Shown here: positions 18,855 to 28,848 of the stretch, in pieces
How positions within the stretch are numbered: position 1 is the stretch's first letter
Layout: every line of letters begins with the position of its first letter
Source: Sphingomonadales bacterium
GTDB taxonomy: Bacteria; Pseudomonadota; Alphaproteobacteria; Sphingomonadales; Sphingomonadaceae
Assembly (NCBI GenBank): GCA_038323755.1
Contig: JBBQHG010000001.1
Span: 1-44,844 of the forward strand
Direction: 5' to 3'
DNA: 44,844 nucleotides
The notes under the pieces: model-generated
Databases searched by the model: none
What the model saw: the letters and a program-made list of their open reading frames with translations, nothing else
Told to the model about the DNA's origin: nothing
Program-made: the position numbers and the translations under genes

Positions 18855-19484
18855 TTAGTCTGCCGCTTTGGCCAGTTCGGTGCGCCATGCCTCATAAAGA
18901 GCGAGAATCGATGCTTTGTCGACGCCCTTCTTGTCCAGCTTTGCCAGCCAGGCCCTACGCGCCCTGGTCAGCGCATGCGGATCAGCACTGTGGCTCAGCA
19001 CGTCCTTGTACAGCAGCGTGACATTGTAGTCGGTAATGGCAAGCGTCCAATGCGTGCAGATCAGCGCTCTACCGATCGAGGCCTTTTCGTCACAGGGGAA
19101 GCTCTGCACGCGCGATGCGGCGCGCGGGTCGGGGGTATCGTCCCGGATGGCCGCCGGTGCGCTGTCGATAACCACAGGCCTTTCCGTTTTCCAAAGCCAT
19201 CCCAGCCAACCACTGTCGCCACCGGTTTCGATACGATGCGTCGCAGGCAGTGGGATCATTCGCATCTTCGCGGACGAAGCGGCAGGTTGTGATGGCGAAG
19301 TCGCCATCGATATCCAGAAGATGATCGCGGCCAGTGCCATGCCCAATACGCTCGTCGCGCCAATAACCTTGACCGGGGACACGCGCGCGCGTGCTTCCTT
19401 GAGCGGACAAGCTGCGTCCTGGCACCGGACAAGCGCGGGCTTGTGGATGTCGCGTTGGCAGCGCTGGCAATCGGTCTGGGCCAT
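18855..19484 (-). CDS. Hypothetical membrane-anchored protein with a Cys-rich N-terminus and LprI-like C-terminus
   Basis: CQRC...C....C, one TM, then SFPCDEKASIGRALIC...ARRAWL. Confidence 0.6.
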   Translation of the reverse strand: MAQTDCQRCQRDIHKPALVRCQDAACPLKEARARVSPVKVIGATSVLGMALAAIIFWISMATSPSQPAASSAKMRMIPLPATHRIETGGDSGWLGWLWKTERPVVIDSAPAAIRDDTPDPRAASRVQSFPCDEKASIGRALICTHWTLAITDYNVTLLYKDVLSHSADPHALTRARRAWLAKLDKKGVDKASILALYEAWRTELAKAAD

Positions 19485-19598
19485 GGCCAAAGCGTCGCAG
19501 AAAATGGTTACTTTCCGGTTTGCCGTTTTTCTCGGCGCAAATCGCGGTATCATGCTGCGTCGATCTTAGGCCTGGCTCAAGCCACCCCTTGCAGGAAA

Positions 19599-21398
19599 AT
19601 GTCCATGTCCACCCATGCCGCCCGCCTTGCCGCCCTCCGCGAACAACTCAAGCGCGACAGCCTCGACGGTTTTGTCGTACCGCTAACCGATGAGCATATG
19701 TCCGAATATGTCGGCGCCTATGCGCAGCGGCTGGCCTGGCTGACTGGTTTCCAAGGATCAGCCGGCACGGCAGCGGTGCTGCCGGAGGAAGCCGCGATCT
19801 TCACCGATGGGCGCTATACATTGCAGGTCCGCCAGCAGGTCGATGGCGACCACTGGGCCTATGTCGGCGTGCCACAGACCAGCGTTGCAGGCTGGCTCAG
19901 CGAGCATGCCGCGCAAGGGGCGCGAATCGGCTATGATCCGTGGCTGCACACGCGCGCCTGGGTGCAGGAAGCCGGCAAAGCGCTGGCCGAACGTGGTGCG
20001 GTGCTGGTTGCCGTTGACACCAACCCGGTCGACGCCATCTGGCCCGATCGTCCTGCGCCCTCCAAGGCGACGCTGGCGGTGCAATCAGACGACAGGGCCG
20101 GACAGTCCTCCGCCGAAAAGCGCGCCGGGATTGCCGACTGGCTGACTGCGCGAAAGGCCGATGCGGTGGTCCTGACAGCGCTTGATTCGATTGCGTGGAC
20201 GTTCAACATCCGAGGCAAGGATGTCCAACACACGCCGGTCGCGCTCGCCTATACCATTGTGCAGACGGACGGCACCGCCGATCTTTTTGTCGCACCCGAA
20301 AAATTGACCGACGCTATTCGCCAGCATCTGGGCAACGCCGTCCGCGTGCATGATCGCGCTGATTTCGCAAATGCGCTCGCTGGCTTTGCCGGCAGGCGCG
20401 TCGCTGCGGATCCCGAACGCGCGGTTGCGGCCATTTTCGATGCGCTCGATGCGGGCGGGGCGACGGTGCTGGCACAGCGTGACCCTGTAGTACTCGCCAA
20501 AGCGCTCAAGAACCCGGTGGAGATCGCCGGCCACCGATCGGCCTCGGCGCGCGACGGGGCGGCGCTCGCCCGATTCTTGCGCTGGGTCGAGGCAGAGGCA
20601 CCCAAGGGGGGGCTGACCGAGTTGCTCTGCGTGGCCAAGCTGCTCGAATTTCGTCAAGCGTCGGGCGTGCTGCTCGATACTTCGTTCGACACCATATCGG
20701 CGACCGGCGCGCACGGCGCATCGCCGCATTACCGCGTGGACGAAGGATCAAATGCGCCGCTTGAGCTTGGTCAGCTCTATCTCGTCGATTCGGGCGGCCA
20801 ATATCAGGATGGCACGACTGATGTGACGCGGGTGCTGCCCGTTGGCGAGCCCACAGCCGAAATGCGTGATCGCTTTACCCGCGTGCTGAAAGGGCACATC
20901 GCGCTGGCAACCGCCATTTTCCCGCATGGCACCAATGGCGGCCAGCTCGATGGCTTTGCGCGGCGCCCATTGTGGGACGTCGGGCTCGATTACGCCCATG
21001 GAACAGGGCACGGCGTCGGCGCTTATTTGTCGGTGCATGAAGGGCCACAGCGGATTGCCACGCCGAACTATCCCGGCGGCGGCCCTTCCGAGCCGCTACG
21101 GGCCGGGATGATCATTTCCAACGAGCCCGGCTATTACAAGGCGGGCGAATACGGCATTCGCATTGAAAATCTGATCCTGGTCGAAGACCGTCTGATCGAA
21201 GGGGCTGAAGCACCCATGCTCGGCTTCGAGACACTCACTTTCTGTCCGATCGAACGCTCGCTGATCGCCCCCGCGCTGCTAACGTCTGCCGAGCGCGACT
21301 GGCTTGACGGCTATCATGCGCGCGTGCTCGCCGTGCTTGGCCCGCAAATGCAGGGCGACGATCTCGCCTGGCTAGAGGCGAAATGCGCGCCAATCTGA
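19599..21398 (+). CDS. Aminopeptidase P (M24B)
   Basis: DEHMSEY, DSGGQYQDGTTDVTR, HGTGHGVG, HEGP, SNEPGYY, GIRIEN. Confidence 0.95.
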   Translation: MSMSTHAARLAALREQLKRDSLDGFVVPLTDEHMSEYVGAYAQRLAWLTGFQGSAGTAAVLPEEAAIFTDGRYTLQVRQQVDGDHWAYVGVPQTSVAGWLSEHAAQGARIGYDPWLHTRAWVQEAGKALAERGAVLVAVDTNPVDAIWPDRPAPSKATLAVQSDDRAGQSSAEKRAGIADWLTARKADAVVLTALDSIAWTFNIRGKDVQHTPVALAYTIVQTDGTADLFVAPEKLTDAIRQHLGNAVRVHDRADFANALAGFAGRRVAADPERAVAAIFDALDAGGATVLAQRDPVVLAKALKNPVEIAGHRSASARDGAALARFLRWVEAEAPKGGLTELLCVAKLLEFRQASGVLLDTSFDTISATGAHGASPHYRVDEGSNAPLELGQLYLVDSGGQYQDGTTDVTRVLPVGEPTAEMRDRFTRVLKGHIALATAIFPHGTNGGQLDGFARRPLWDVGLDYAHGTGHGVGAYLSVHEGPQRIATPNYPGGGPSEPLRAGMIISNEPGYYKAGEYGIRIENLILVEDRLIEGAEAPMLGFETLTFCPIERSLIAPALLTSAERDWLDGYHARVLAVLGPQMQGDDLAWLEAKCAPI

Positions 21399-21417
21399 CC
21401 CTGAGGAGCAAAGCCCG

Positions 21418-21807
21418 ATGCCATCGTTGCTGACGACCCCGATCCACCTCGGCCTCGGCGCCCGCGCCACTGTGGAGCCCGATTTCACGGGCATGGCGTG
21501 GTATGCTGAATATTCCGCGCGTAACGAGGCTGACGGCGCCGAGGGGCGGCTGGTGACGATGTCGCGGTTCACCCAAAGCTGGGATTCGTGGGAAATGCAC
21601 CCGAGCGGGGACGAAGTCGTCCTATGCCTGTCGGGAACGATAACCCTCCACCAGGAGATGCCCGATGGCAGCGAGGCCAGCATAACGATTGGCGCGGGCG
21701 ACTATGCCATCAATCCACCCGGCACCTGGCACACAGCGGACGTCACAGGGGAGGCGACGGCGCTGTTCATCACGTCGGGGTTGGGGACGCTGCATCGTCC
21801 GCGTTAG
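21418..21807 (+). CDS. Cupin domain protein
   Basis: WEMHPSGDEVV...INPPGTWHTA. Confidence 0.88.
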   Translation: MPSLLTTPIHLGLGARATVEPDFTGMAWYAEYSARNEADGAEGRLVTMSRFTQSWDSWEMHPSGDEVVLCLSGTITLHQEMPDGSEASITIGAGDYAINPPGTWHTADVTGEATALFITSGLGTLHRPR

Positions 21808-21910
21808 GCAGTTGGTCAGCCGCGACGCCACGTGCGCGCGCTTTTCGCTTTTTCAGATTGTCACGCAGCTGCGCAGCCAGCCGGTCAGCGCGATCATCCT
21901 TGGTTGTCAT
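21770..21910 (-). CDS. Small basic protein, 46 aa (below the ORF-track cutoff)
   Basis: MTTKDDRADRLAAQLRDNLKKRKARAR...; resembles a small alphaproteobacterial RLAxxLRxNLxxRK family. Confidence 0.6.
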   Translation of the reverse strand: MTTKDDRADRLAAQLRDNLKKRKARARGVAADQLPNADDAASPTPT

Positions 21911-21953
21911 GCCCGCGGCCTATCCCTGTCGACCCCGACATGGCAAGCGCGCC

Positions 21954-21982
21954 TTGACAAGCGCGGCTCTGTCAGACCATAG
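21954..21982 (+). promoter_or_regulatory. Sigma70 promoter of tRNA-Thr
   Basis: Perfect TTGACA at 21954-21959, 17 bp, then CCATAG. Confidence 0.55.
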
Positions 21983-22011
21983 GCGCGCTCCCGCTCGAAA
22001 AGCGGCGAAAT

Positions 22012-22086
<75 letters not shown>

Positions 22087-22652
22087 TTTTTCAATGACTT
22101 AACCTGCCCTTCGGGGCGTTGGAAGTTGGCTGGCAAGCACATGGCAAGCAATCGGCCCATGAACTTGCCATACGAAGATGCGCCGGGACGCTTTGGAAAA
22201 GCGATGAACCGATCGTTTCGCGCGCTGTATAGGTCATTTCGGCCGAAACGGTCGCGGATGCAGGTGGAGCCTGCATCGTGATCAAGAAGGCTTGATCCTT
22301 TTATCGGCCAGACACCCTGCGGTGAGCGCCGATTGCGGAACGGTGCCTTCGACGAACGTTCTACCTCCAAGCGTTGGCTGCGACCTCTATCAAGCTGATC
22401 AATGTGGCTCCTGAACGCTCTTTGTTTGCTATCACCCCATGGGTCCCACCGGCGACATGGGTGGATAGCGGAACGTCGGCTTTGGAGCGATGATCAAACG
22501 TAATCGGACATTCGTTGCAGCACCTCAGGACGTCAGCTCCGCTCGGCAACGTGGGTATCAGTCCGACTGCACCCCATCCGGAAAACGGCAGTTCCAATGC
22601 AGAAAAATATTGCCGGACCTTCGATCGCTCGCCGCTTAGCGGGCCTTGCAAG

Positions 22653-23201
22653 TTACCGCTGCGTCACGCCCTCGTGGACGAAAACTTGCTCACTGAACAC
22701 CTTCAGTGCAGCGGCGCATTTTGCGAGATGCGCCTTGGCCTGAGCGAACCGTCGGTCAGGAAAAAAGTCGCGTGGTTCGATCTTGGCTAGCCACTCAATT
22801 AGTTTTTCGAGGTCGTGTTCAATTTCTTCAAGTTCGGCGAAGGTAAATTTTTGCTTCTTCGTTTCCTTCTCGATTTCGGCGATCAGCATATCGGCGCGTT
22901 CGGCAAACTCATCATATTCGCGTGCACGGTCCGCTCGGGACTGCGCGACGAGTGCCTCGGTTTCGTTCAAGTCAAGCGGATCAGCAGTAAAGATGGCCGC
23001 GCGGCCGCCTTGTTCTCGAACTTTTGACGCAGCTTTGCCGAACAAGTCGGCGTGTGTTTGTGAATACGGCAAGGCCCAAGCACCATTGACGATCCCGATC
23101 GCACCCACGCCGCGCAGTCGCCGCCAGAGAGCGACCCGCGCGCTCGACGGTTCCGCAGGCAATTGAACGTGCAGCAGGAGCCAGCTTCGCTCGATGGTCA
23201 A
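22653..23201 (-). CDS. ChrB N-terminal-domain protein (putative regulator)
   Basis: WLLLHVQLPAEPSSARVALWRRLRGVGA...EYDEF...KFTFAELEEIEHDL..L..W...I..RDFF. Confidence 0.85.
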   Translation of the reverse strand: MTIERSWLLLHVQLPAEPSSARVALWRRLRGVGAIGIVNGAWALPYSQTHADLFGKAASKVREQGGRAAIFTADPLDLNETEALVAQSRADRAREYDEFAERADMLIAEIEKETKKQKFTFAELEEIEHDLEKLIEWLAKIEPRDFFPDRRFAQAKAHLAKCAAALKVFSEQVFVHEGVTQR

Positions 23202-23209
23202 AATGCCTT

Positions 23210-23225
23210 TGAAACAGGTGTTGCA
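23210..23225. promoter_or_regulatory. Candidate operator dyad between the ChrB-like gene and tolC
   Basis: TGAAACA-GG-TGTTGCA, 7-bp arms with one mismatch. Confidence 0.45.
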
Positions 23226-23294
23226 GTACGAAGAGGTTAGTCGTAGCCCACCGCTGGTTCAAGGGCGAAGAGGCACGATGAGGACGAGCGGGTT

Positions 23295-24683
23295 TTGACA
23301 AGACGAAGGTCTGGAATGGTCGTGTTGGTGTCGTTGCTTGCCAATGGCTGCGCCTCTTTGCCGGACCCACCACTAAAGCCCGCTGTGAGTGCGGCCTCGC
23401 TCGACGCTCGATCGCTCGATAACCCGCGCTTGCTGGGCTTCTTGGCTGCATCGGGTGCGCCCGAATTGGTCGCGCGGCGCTGGGACTTGCGCTCACTCAC
23501 GCTCGCCGCCGTATATTATCATCCCGATCTAGAAGTGGCCGATGCGCGGCTGGCGGTCGCAGAGGCGGCGATTCGCACCGCCAAGCAACGCGCCAATCCC
23601 GTCTTCAACCTGACGCCGCAGTTCAATACCAGCAATGCGAACCCGACCGCTTGGACTATCGGAACTGCGATTACCCTGCTCGTCGACCTATTCGGAAAAC
23701 GCGAAGCGCGGACCGCCGAGGCTCGGGCGCTGGCAGAGGCAGCGCGGTTCGACATCGGTACTGCGAGTTGGCAAGTGCGCGGGCGTGTGCGGGGGGCATT
23801 GCTGAATTTGTGGAGCGCGGAGCGACGTGCCACGTTGGCGAGTGAGCGGCGTGCTCTTCAAGCCGACCTGACAGCCCTCGTCGAGCGCCGTCTGGCCGTC
23901 GGCGAAGTATCTGCGCTCGATCTGGCGCGCGAGCGCGCGAGCCGCGATACAGCTATGCTTGCCTTCACCGATGCATCCCGCGACGTCGCCGATGCCCGCG
24001 TCGTGCTGGCTACGGCGGTCGGCATTTCGGTGCATGCGCTCGACGGCGTTACGTTGGACTATGATTCACTCGTTGGCGCGATGCTGCCGCCCGCTCCTAC
24101 CGCGCTACGCCGAGCAGCGCTTACGACGCGCAGCGATATACAGGCGAGCCTCGCGCGATACGGTGCAGCGCAGGCGGCGGTGGCGCTTCAACAGTCCAAT
24201 CAGCTGCCAAGCATCGCAATCGGGCCGGGCTATCAATACGATCAGGGCCAGAACAAGTTTTCGCTGAGCATCCAGTCGGACCTTCCTTTGTTCAACGCCA
24301 ATGGTGGACCGATCGGCGAGGCGGAAGCAAAACGGCGTGAAGCGGCGGCAAGTTTCACCGCACTCCAAGCGCAAATCATTGGCGAAATCGACCGCGCTCT
24401 TGCCGCTTATGCGACCGCGAGCGAAAGTCTCGCCGCGGCCGACCGGCTCGCCGCGCAGCAAGCCGAGCGAAGGGCGCGTAACGCCCGCGTGTTTCGTGCG
24501 GGCGCGCTGGACCGGGTTGCGCTGCTGACCGGCGAGATCGAATTTGCAGGTGGCAGCGCCTCGCAACTCCAGGCGCTTGTTGCGCAGCGCTTGGCGCTCG
24601 GTCAGCTCGAAGACGCGCTGCATGTGCCGATCTTTTCACCCTCGCTGCCCGGTGCTCCGAGCCAAGACGGGATTGTGCGATGA
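23295..24683 (+). CDS. TolC-family outer-membrane efflux lipoprotein
   Basis: Lipobox LANGC, two helical OEP repeats, LPLFNANGG. Confidence 0.9.
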   Translation: MTRRRSGMVVLVSLLANGCASLPDPPLKPAVSAASLDARSLDNPRLLGFLAASGAPELVARRWDLRSLTLAAVYYHPDLEVADARLAVAEAAIRTAKQRANPVFNLTPQFNTSNANPTAWTIGTAITLLVDLFGKREARTAEARALAEAARFDIGTASWQVRGRVRGALLNLWSAERRATLASERRALQADLTALVERRLAVGEVSALDLARERASRDTAMLAFTDASRDVADARVVLATAVGISVHALDGVTLDYDSLVGAMLPPAPTALRRAALTTRSDIQASLARYGAAQAAVALQQSNQLPSIAIGPGYQYDQGQNKFSLSIQSDLPLFNANGGPIGEAEAKRREAAASFTALQAQIIGEIDRALAAYATASESLAAADRLAAQQAERRARNARVFRAGALDRVALLTGEIEFAGGSASQLQALVAQRLALGQLEDALHVPIFSPSLPGAPSQDGIVR

Positions 24684-25723
24684 CGATGACCCCACGGCTC
24701 CGGCTAATCCTCGCTGCTGTGGGAGCCATTGTTCTGTTAGGGATTGCTTATTGGGCAGTCGGTGAAGCGCGCATCGAGGCCGGACGCGACGCCGAGCGCG
24801 AAAGGCCGGTGGCGACGCCGCGGCGAGTATTCACAGAAAACGGCCAGCGTATCGTCAAGATCGACGCGGCGACCATGGCGCGCAGCGGGATTGTTGCGAC
24901 GCAGGTCGTGGCGGGTGACACGGTGGGCGCGACCATCCCGACGTTCGCCTCGGTCGTCGATACGGCGCGACTGACCGACCTTTCTAGTGCGTGGGCAGTG
25001 GGTCAGGCGCAAACAGCGGCGGCACGCGCACGCGTCGCTGCATCGCGGGCAAGCTATGAGCGGACGCGGTTGCTTTATGCCGATGCGCAGAATGCTTCGC
25101 TCGCGCAGGTGCAAACGGCTCAAGCCGCCTATGTCGCTGATCGTTCGGGTGTTGCTGCCGCTGAAGCGCAAGCGAACACATCGCTCGCCAGCGCTCGTCA
25201 GGAGTTCGGACCAAATTTGAGCCTGGGCTCGGCACTGGTGCGAGCCCTGACCGAACGTCGCGCATTGTTGCTTCAGATCGCACTCCCGCCGACAGCCGCC
25301 GATGCGCCCGCGACGTTGCGCGTCGAAGGCGACGGGGTGCGCGCGACCGCGCGATTGCTTGGACCCGCCGCCCGCGCCGATCCGCGCGTGCCGGGACGCG
25401 GTATCTATTATGTCGTCGATGCGTCGAGCGGTCTGGTGCCGGGTATGAACGTCACAGCGCAACTCCCCGTCGCGGGTAGGCGCGGCGGCGTTGCGATCCC
25501 GGCGTCGGCAGTTGTGAGCTGGCAGGGGAAATCATGGATCTACCAGCGCAAGGCTGACGGCGCGTTCGTTCGCACAGAGATCGCGACGGAACAGCGTGAC
25601 GTCGGCGGCAACATCCGCGTCGATACGATCGCCGCTGGAACCATCGTGGCGACGCAGGGTGCGCAACTGCTCTTGTCCGAAGAATTGCGCGGCGACGCGC
25701 CCGCCGAAAGCGATGGCGATTGA
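24680..25723 (+). CDS. RND efflux membrane-fusion (periplasmic adaptor) protein
   Basis: N-terminal TM, helical hairpin, LVPGMNV, IPASAVV, GAQLLLSEE; located between tolC and the RND gene. Confidence 0.88.
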   Translation: MTMTPRLRLILAAVGAIVLLGIAYWAVGEARIEAGRDAERERPVATPRRVFTENGQRIVKIDAATMARSGIVATQVVAGDTVGATIPTFASVVDTARLTDLSSAWAVGQAQTAAARARVAASRASYERTRLLYADAQNASLAQVQTAQAAYVADRSGVAAAEAQANTSLASARQEFGPNLSLGSALVRALTERRALLLQIALPPTAADAPATLRVEGDGVRATARLLGPAARADPRVPGRGIYYVVDASSGLVPGMNVTAQLPVAGRRGGVAIPASAVVSWQGKSWIYQRKADGAFVRTEIATEQRDVGGNIRVDTIAAGTIVATQGAQLLLSEELRGDAPAESDGD

Positions 25724-28700
25724 GCGCTTTGCATTCGACGGGTCCGCAGGGAGCGCTGATCGGGTTCGCGGTGCGCTTTCGCGGCATCGTCATTGCGCTC
25801 GCATGCCTGCTCGTCGTCTATGGCCTGTTCGCGCTGCAACGCGCGCAATACGGCGTCTTTCCCGAATTCGCACCGCCGCAGGTCAACATCCAGACCGAGG
25901 CCCCGGGGCTGTCGCCCGAACAGGTCGAACTGCTCGTCACGCGCCCCATCGAAACAGCGGTCGGCGGATTGCCCGGCATCCAGTCGCTCCGGTCGAGTTC
26001 GATCCAGGGGCTATCGGCTGTTACTTTGGTATTCGCGCCGGGGAGCGACATCTACCGTGATCGCCAGCTTGCCGCCGAGCGACTGGCGACAGCGGCGCAA
26101 AGCCTTCCACAAGGCGTCGCCCCGCCGACGCTGACACCGTTGACCACTTCGACCAGCGTCGTTCTCGTCCTGGGGCTGACGTCGGATCGTCTCGCGCCGA
26201 TGGCGCTTCACAGCGCGGCCGAATGGTCGGTGCGCCGCAGCTTGCTCGCTGTGCCCGGAGTCGCCGATGCCGTCGTGTTCGGCGGTGAAACGCGCTCGCT
26301 CCAGATTCAACTTCATCCCGACCGACTGCTCAGATACGGCGTCGCGGTCAGCGATGTGCTCGCAGCGTCGCGCAACGCCACCGGACTTCGCGGGGCCGGC
26401 GTCATCGACACCAAAAACCAGCGCATTGTCCTCCAGAGCGATGGGCAAATTTTGCAAGCTGACGCGCTTGCCCGGACGATCGTATCGTCATCGGCGACAG
26501 GTCGTGTGACGCTCGGCGATGTCGCTACCGTCGTCGAAGCGCCCGAACCCGCCATCGGTGCTGCGTCGATCATGGGCAAGCCCGGCGTCATCATCAACGT
26601 GACGCAGCAATATGAGGCCGACACGCTGACGGTAACCCGCGCCGCCGAAGCCGCGCTCGACGAGCTGCGCCCGTCGCTCGCGGCGCAAGGTATCGTGCTT
26701 CACGCCGGCCTGTTCCGGCCCGCCAATTTTATCGGGACAGCGCTGTCGAACATCCAGCATTCACTGCTGCTCGGTGGCGTGCTGGTCGTCATCGTCCTGT
26801 TCCTGTTCCTCGCCAATCTGCGCACGGCTGCAATCGCGTGCACGGCAATCCCGCTCTCGTTGCTCGCTGCGACGTTGCTGCTCGGCTGGCTCGGGATCAC
26901 GCTCAACACGATGACCCTTGGCGGCCTCGCGATCGCGATCGGTGAGGTCGTCGATGACGCCGTGATCGGCGTCGAAAACATCGTCCGACGTTTGCGCGAA
27001 AACCGTTCGCTCGGCCTGCCGCGTCCGGCAGGCCGTGTCGTGATCGATGCGGTCTTCGAAGTCCGCAGCGCGGTCGTCTATGCGACGCTCGCGGTCATTC
27101 TGGTGTTTTTGCCTGTCATCGCGCTGCCCGGTATTGCCGGACGTCTGTTTGCGCCCCTCGGCATTGCCTACATTCTTGCTGTGCTGGCGTCGTTGCTTGT
27201 CGCGCTCACCGTCACACCTGCACTCGGCATGGCATCGCTTGGCGGCCAGCATGGCGAGACCGAGGACCCGAAGGTCGCCCGTTACAGCCGCGCGCGCTAC
27301 CAAGCGGTGCTCGCGCCAATGATCGAGCGGGTAAAGCCCGTAATAATCGGGGCGACAATTTTGATAGTCGTAGGGTGCGCGGCGCTGCCGTTCTTTTCGA
27401 CTAGCTTCATCCCCGAACTAAAGGAGGGGCATTATATCCTCCATATGTCGGAAGCACCCGGCACGTCGCTCGACCAGTCGATTGCGCTGGGCAATCGCGT
27501 CACGACGGCACTGCGTCAGATTCCCGAAGTGCGTTCCGTGTCGCAGCGCGCGGGTCGCGCGCCGAAGTCCGACGACATCTGGGGGACACATTACAGCGAG
27601 CTCGACATCGACCTCGTTCCCTTGTCGGGAGAGGCCTCCGAAGCGGTGCAGGGCAGGATCAACAAGACGCTGGCCGGGTTTGCAGGCGCGAACATGTCGT
27701 TGAAGACGTTCCTGACCGAGCGCGTTGAAGAAACTCTGACTGGCACGACCGCGCCGGTTGCGGTCAACGTCTATGGCGACGATCTCGACGTGCTCGATCA
27801 AAAAGCGGCGCAGGTGTCGGAGATTTTGCGCGGGCTGCCGGGGGCGGGCGATGTGCAAGTGATTGCTCCGCCGGGATTGCCGCAGCTCGGCATTCGTTTG
27901 CGACCGCTCGAAGTCGAACGCTGGGGCCTGACCCCGGTAGAAGTGCTCGACGCGGTACGCACCGCTTTCCAGGGCGATATCGTTGGTCAGACCTATGAAG
28001 GCGACCGCGTGTTCAATGTCATCGCGTTGCTTGACCCGGCAAGCCGTAACGATTCGGCAGCTGTCGGGGCCTTGCCGGTCCGCACACCGACGGGTGTATT
28101 CGTGCCGCTCCGTCAGCTCGCCGACATCGTCCCTTCGGCAAGCCGCCAACAGGTTCGCCACGACGGTGGGCGCCGCGTCCAGACGATCACTGCGAATGTT
28201 GCGGATGCCGACATTGGCGGGTTCGTCGAAGCCGCCAAGGCGCGGATCGCCACCAAGGTCGCTTTGCCCGCCGGCACCTATGTTACGTTTGCAGGAACCG
28301 CGCAGGCCCAAGCCGACGCTCAGCGCGATTTGCTCGTCAATACGCTGATCGCAGCGGTCGGCGTAATCTTGTTGCTGTCGGTTGTGACGCGCAACTGGCG
28401 CAATCTATTGCTGGTGCTCGCCAATTTGCCTTTTGCAATGGTCGGTGGCGTTCTCGCGGTACTCCTGACCGGGGGGCAATTGTCGCTTGGTGCGCTTGTC
28501 GGGTTCGTGACGCTTGCCGGGATCACACTGCGCAACTCGATCATGATGATCTCGCATTTCGAGCATCTCGTCGCGGTCGAAGGGCGCGACTGGACCGTCC
28601 GAACGGCAATCGAGGGTGCGAGCGACCGGCTCGTTCCGATTGTAATGACGTCGCTCGTCACCGCGCTCGGGCTGCTGCCGCTGGCAGTCGGCATGGGCGA

Positions 28701-28848
28701 TCCGGGGCGCGAGGTCGAAGGACCGATGGCGGTCGTCATCCTCGGCGGTCTCATCACGTCGATGGTGCTCAACCTCTTGGTGCTACCGACGCTCGCGCTG
28801 GCGTTCGGACGATTCGATCGGCCGTCCGACGACGTAGAATCGGCATGA
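25720..28848 (+). CDS. CusA/CzcA-family RND efflux permease
   Basis: 1042 aa; FPEFAPPQV, GEVVDDAVIGVENI, RLVPIVMTS, PMAVVILGGL. Confidence 0.93.
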   Translation: MSALHSTGPQGALIGFAVRFRGIVIALACLLVVYGLFALQRAQYGVFPEFAPPQVNIQTEAPGLSPEQVELLVTRPIETAVGGLPGIQSLRSSSIQGLSAVTLVFAPGSDIYRDRQLAAERLATAAQSLPQGVAPPTLTPLTTSTSVVLVLGLTSDRLAPMALHSAAEWSVRRSLLAVPGVADAVVFGGETRSLQIQLHPDRLLRYGVAVSDVLAASRNATGLRGAGVIDTKNQRIVLQSDGQILQADALARTIVSSSATGRVTLGDVATVVEAPEPAIGAASIMGKPGVIINVTQQYEADTLTVTRAAEAALDELRPSLAAQGIVLHAGLFRPANFIGTALSNIQHSLLLGGVLVVIVLFLFLANLRTAAIACTAIPLSLLAATLLLGWLGITLNTMTLGGLAIAIGEVVDDAVIGVENIVRRLRENRSLGLPRPAGRVVIDAVFEVRSAVVYATLAVILVFLPVIALPGIAGRLFAPLGIAYILAVLASLLVALTVTPALGMASLGGQHGETEDPKVARYSRARYQAVLAPMIERVKPVIIGATILIVVGCAALPFFSTSFIPELKEGHYILHMSEAPGTSLDQSIALGNRVTTALRQIPEVRSVSQRAGRAPKSDDIWGTHYSELDIDLVPLSGEASEAVQGRINKTLAGFAGANMSLKTFLTERVEETLTGTTAPVAVNVYGDDLDVLDQKAAQVSEILRGLPGAGDVQVIAPPGLPQLGIRLRPLEVERWGLTPVEVLDAVRTAFQGDIVGQTYEGDRVFNVIALLDPASRNDSAAVGALPVRTPTGVFVPLRQLADIVPSASRQQVRHDGGRRVQTITANVADADIGGFVEAAKARIATKVALPAGTYVTFAGTAQAQADAQRDLLVNTLIAAVGVILLLSVVTRNWRNLLLVLANLPFAMVGGVLAVLLTGGQLSLGALVGFVTLAGITLRNSIMMISHFEHLVAVEGRDWTVRTAIEGASDRLVPIVMTSLVTALGLLPLAVGMGDPGREVEGPMAVVILGGLITSMVLNLLVLPTLALAFGRFDRPSDDVESA

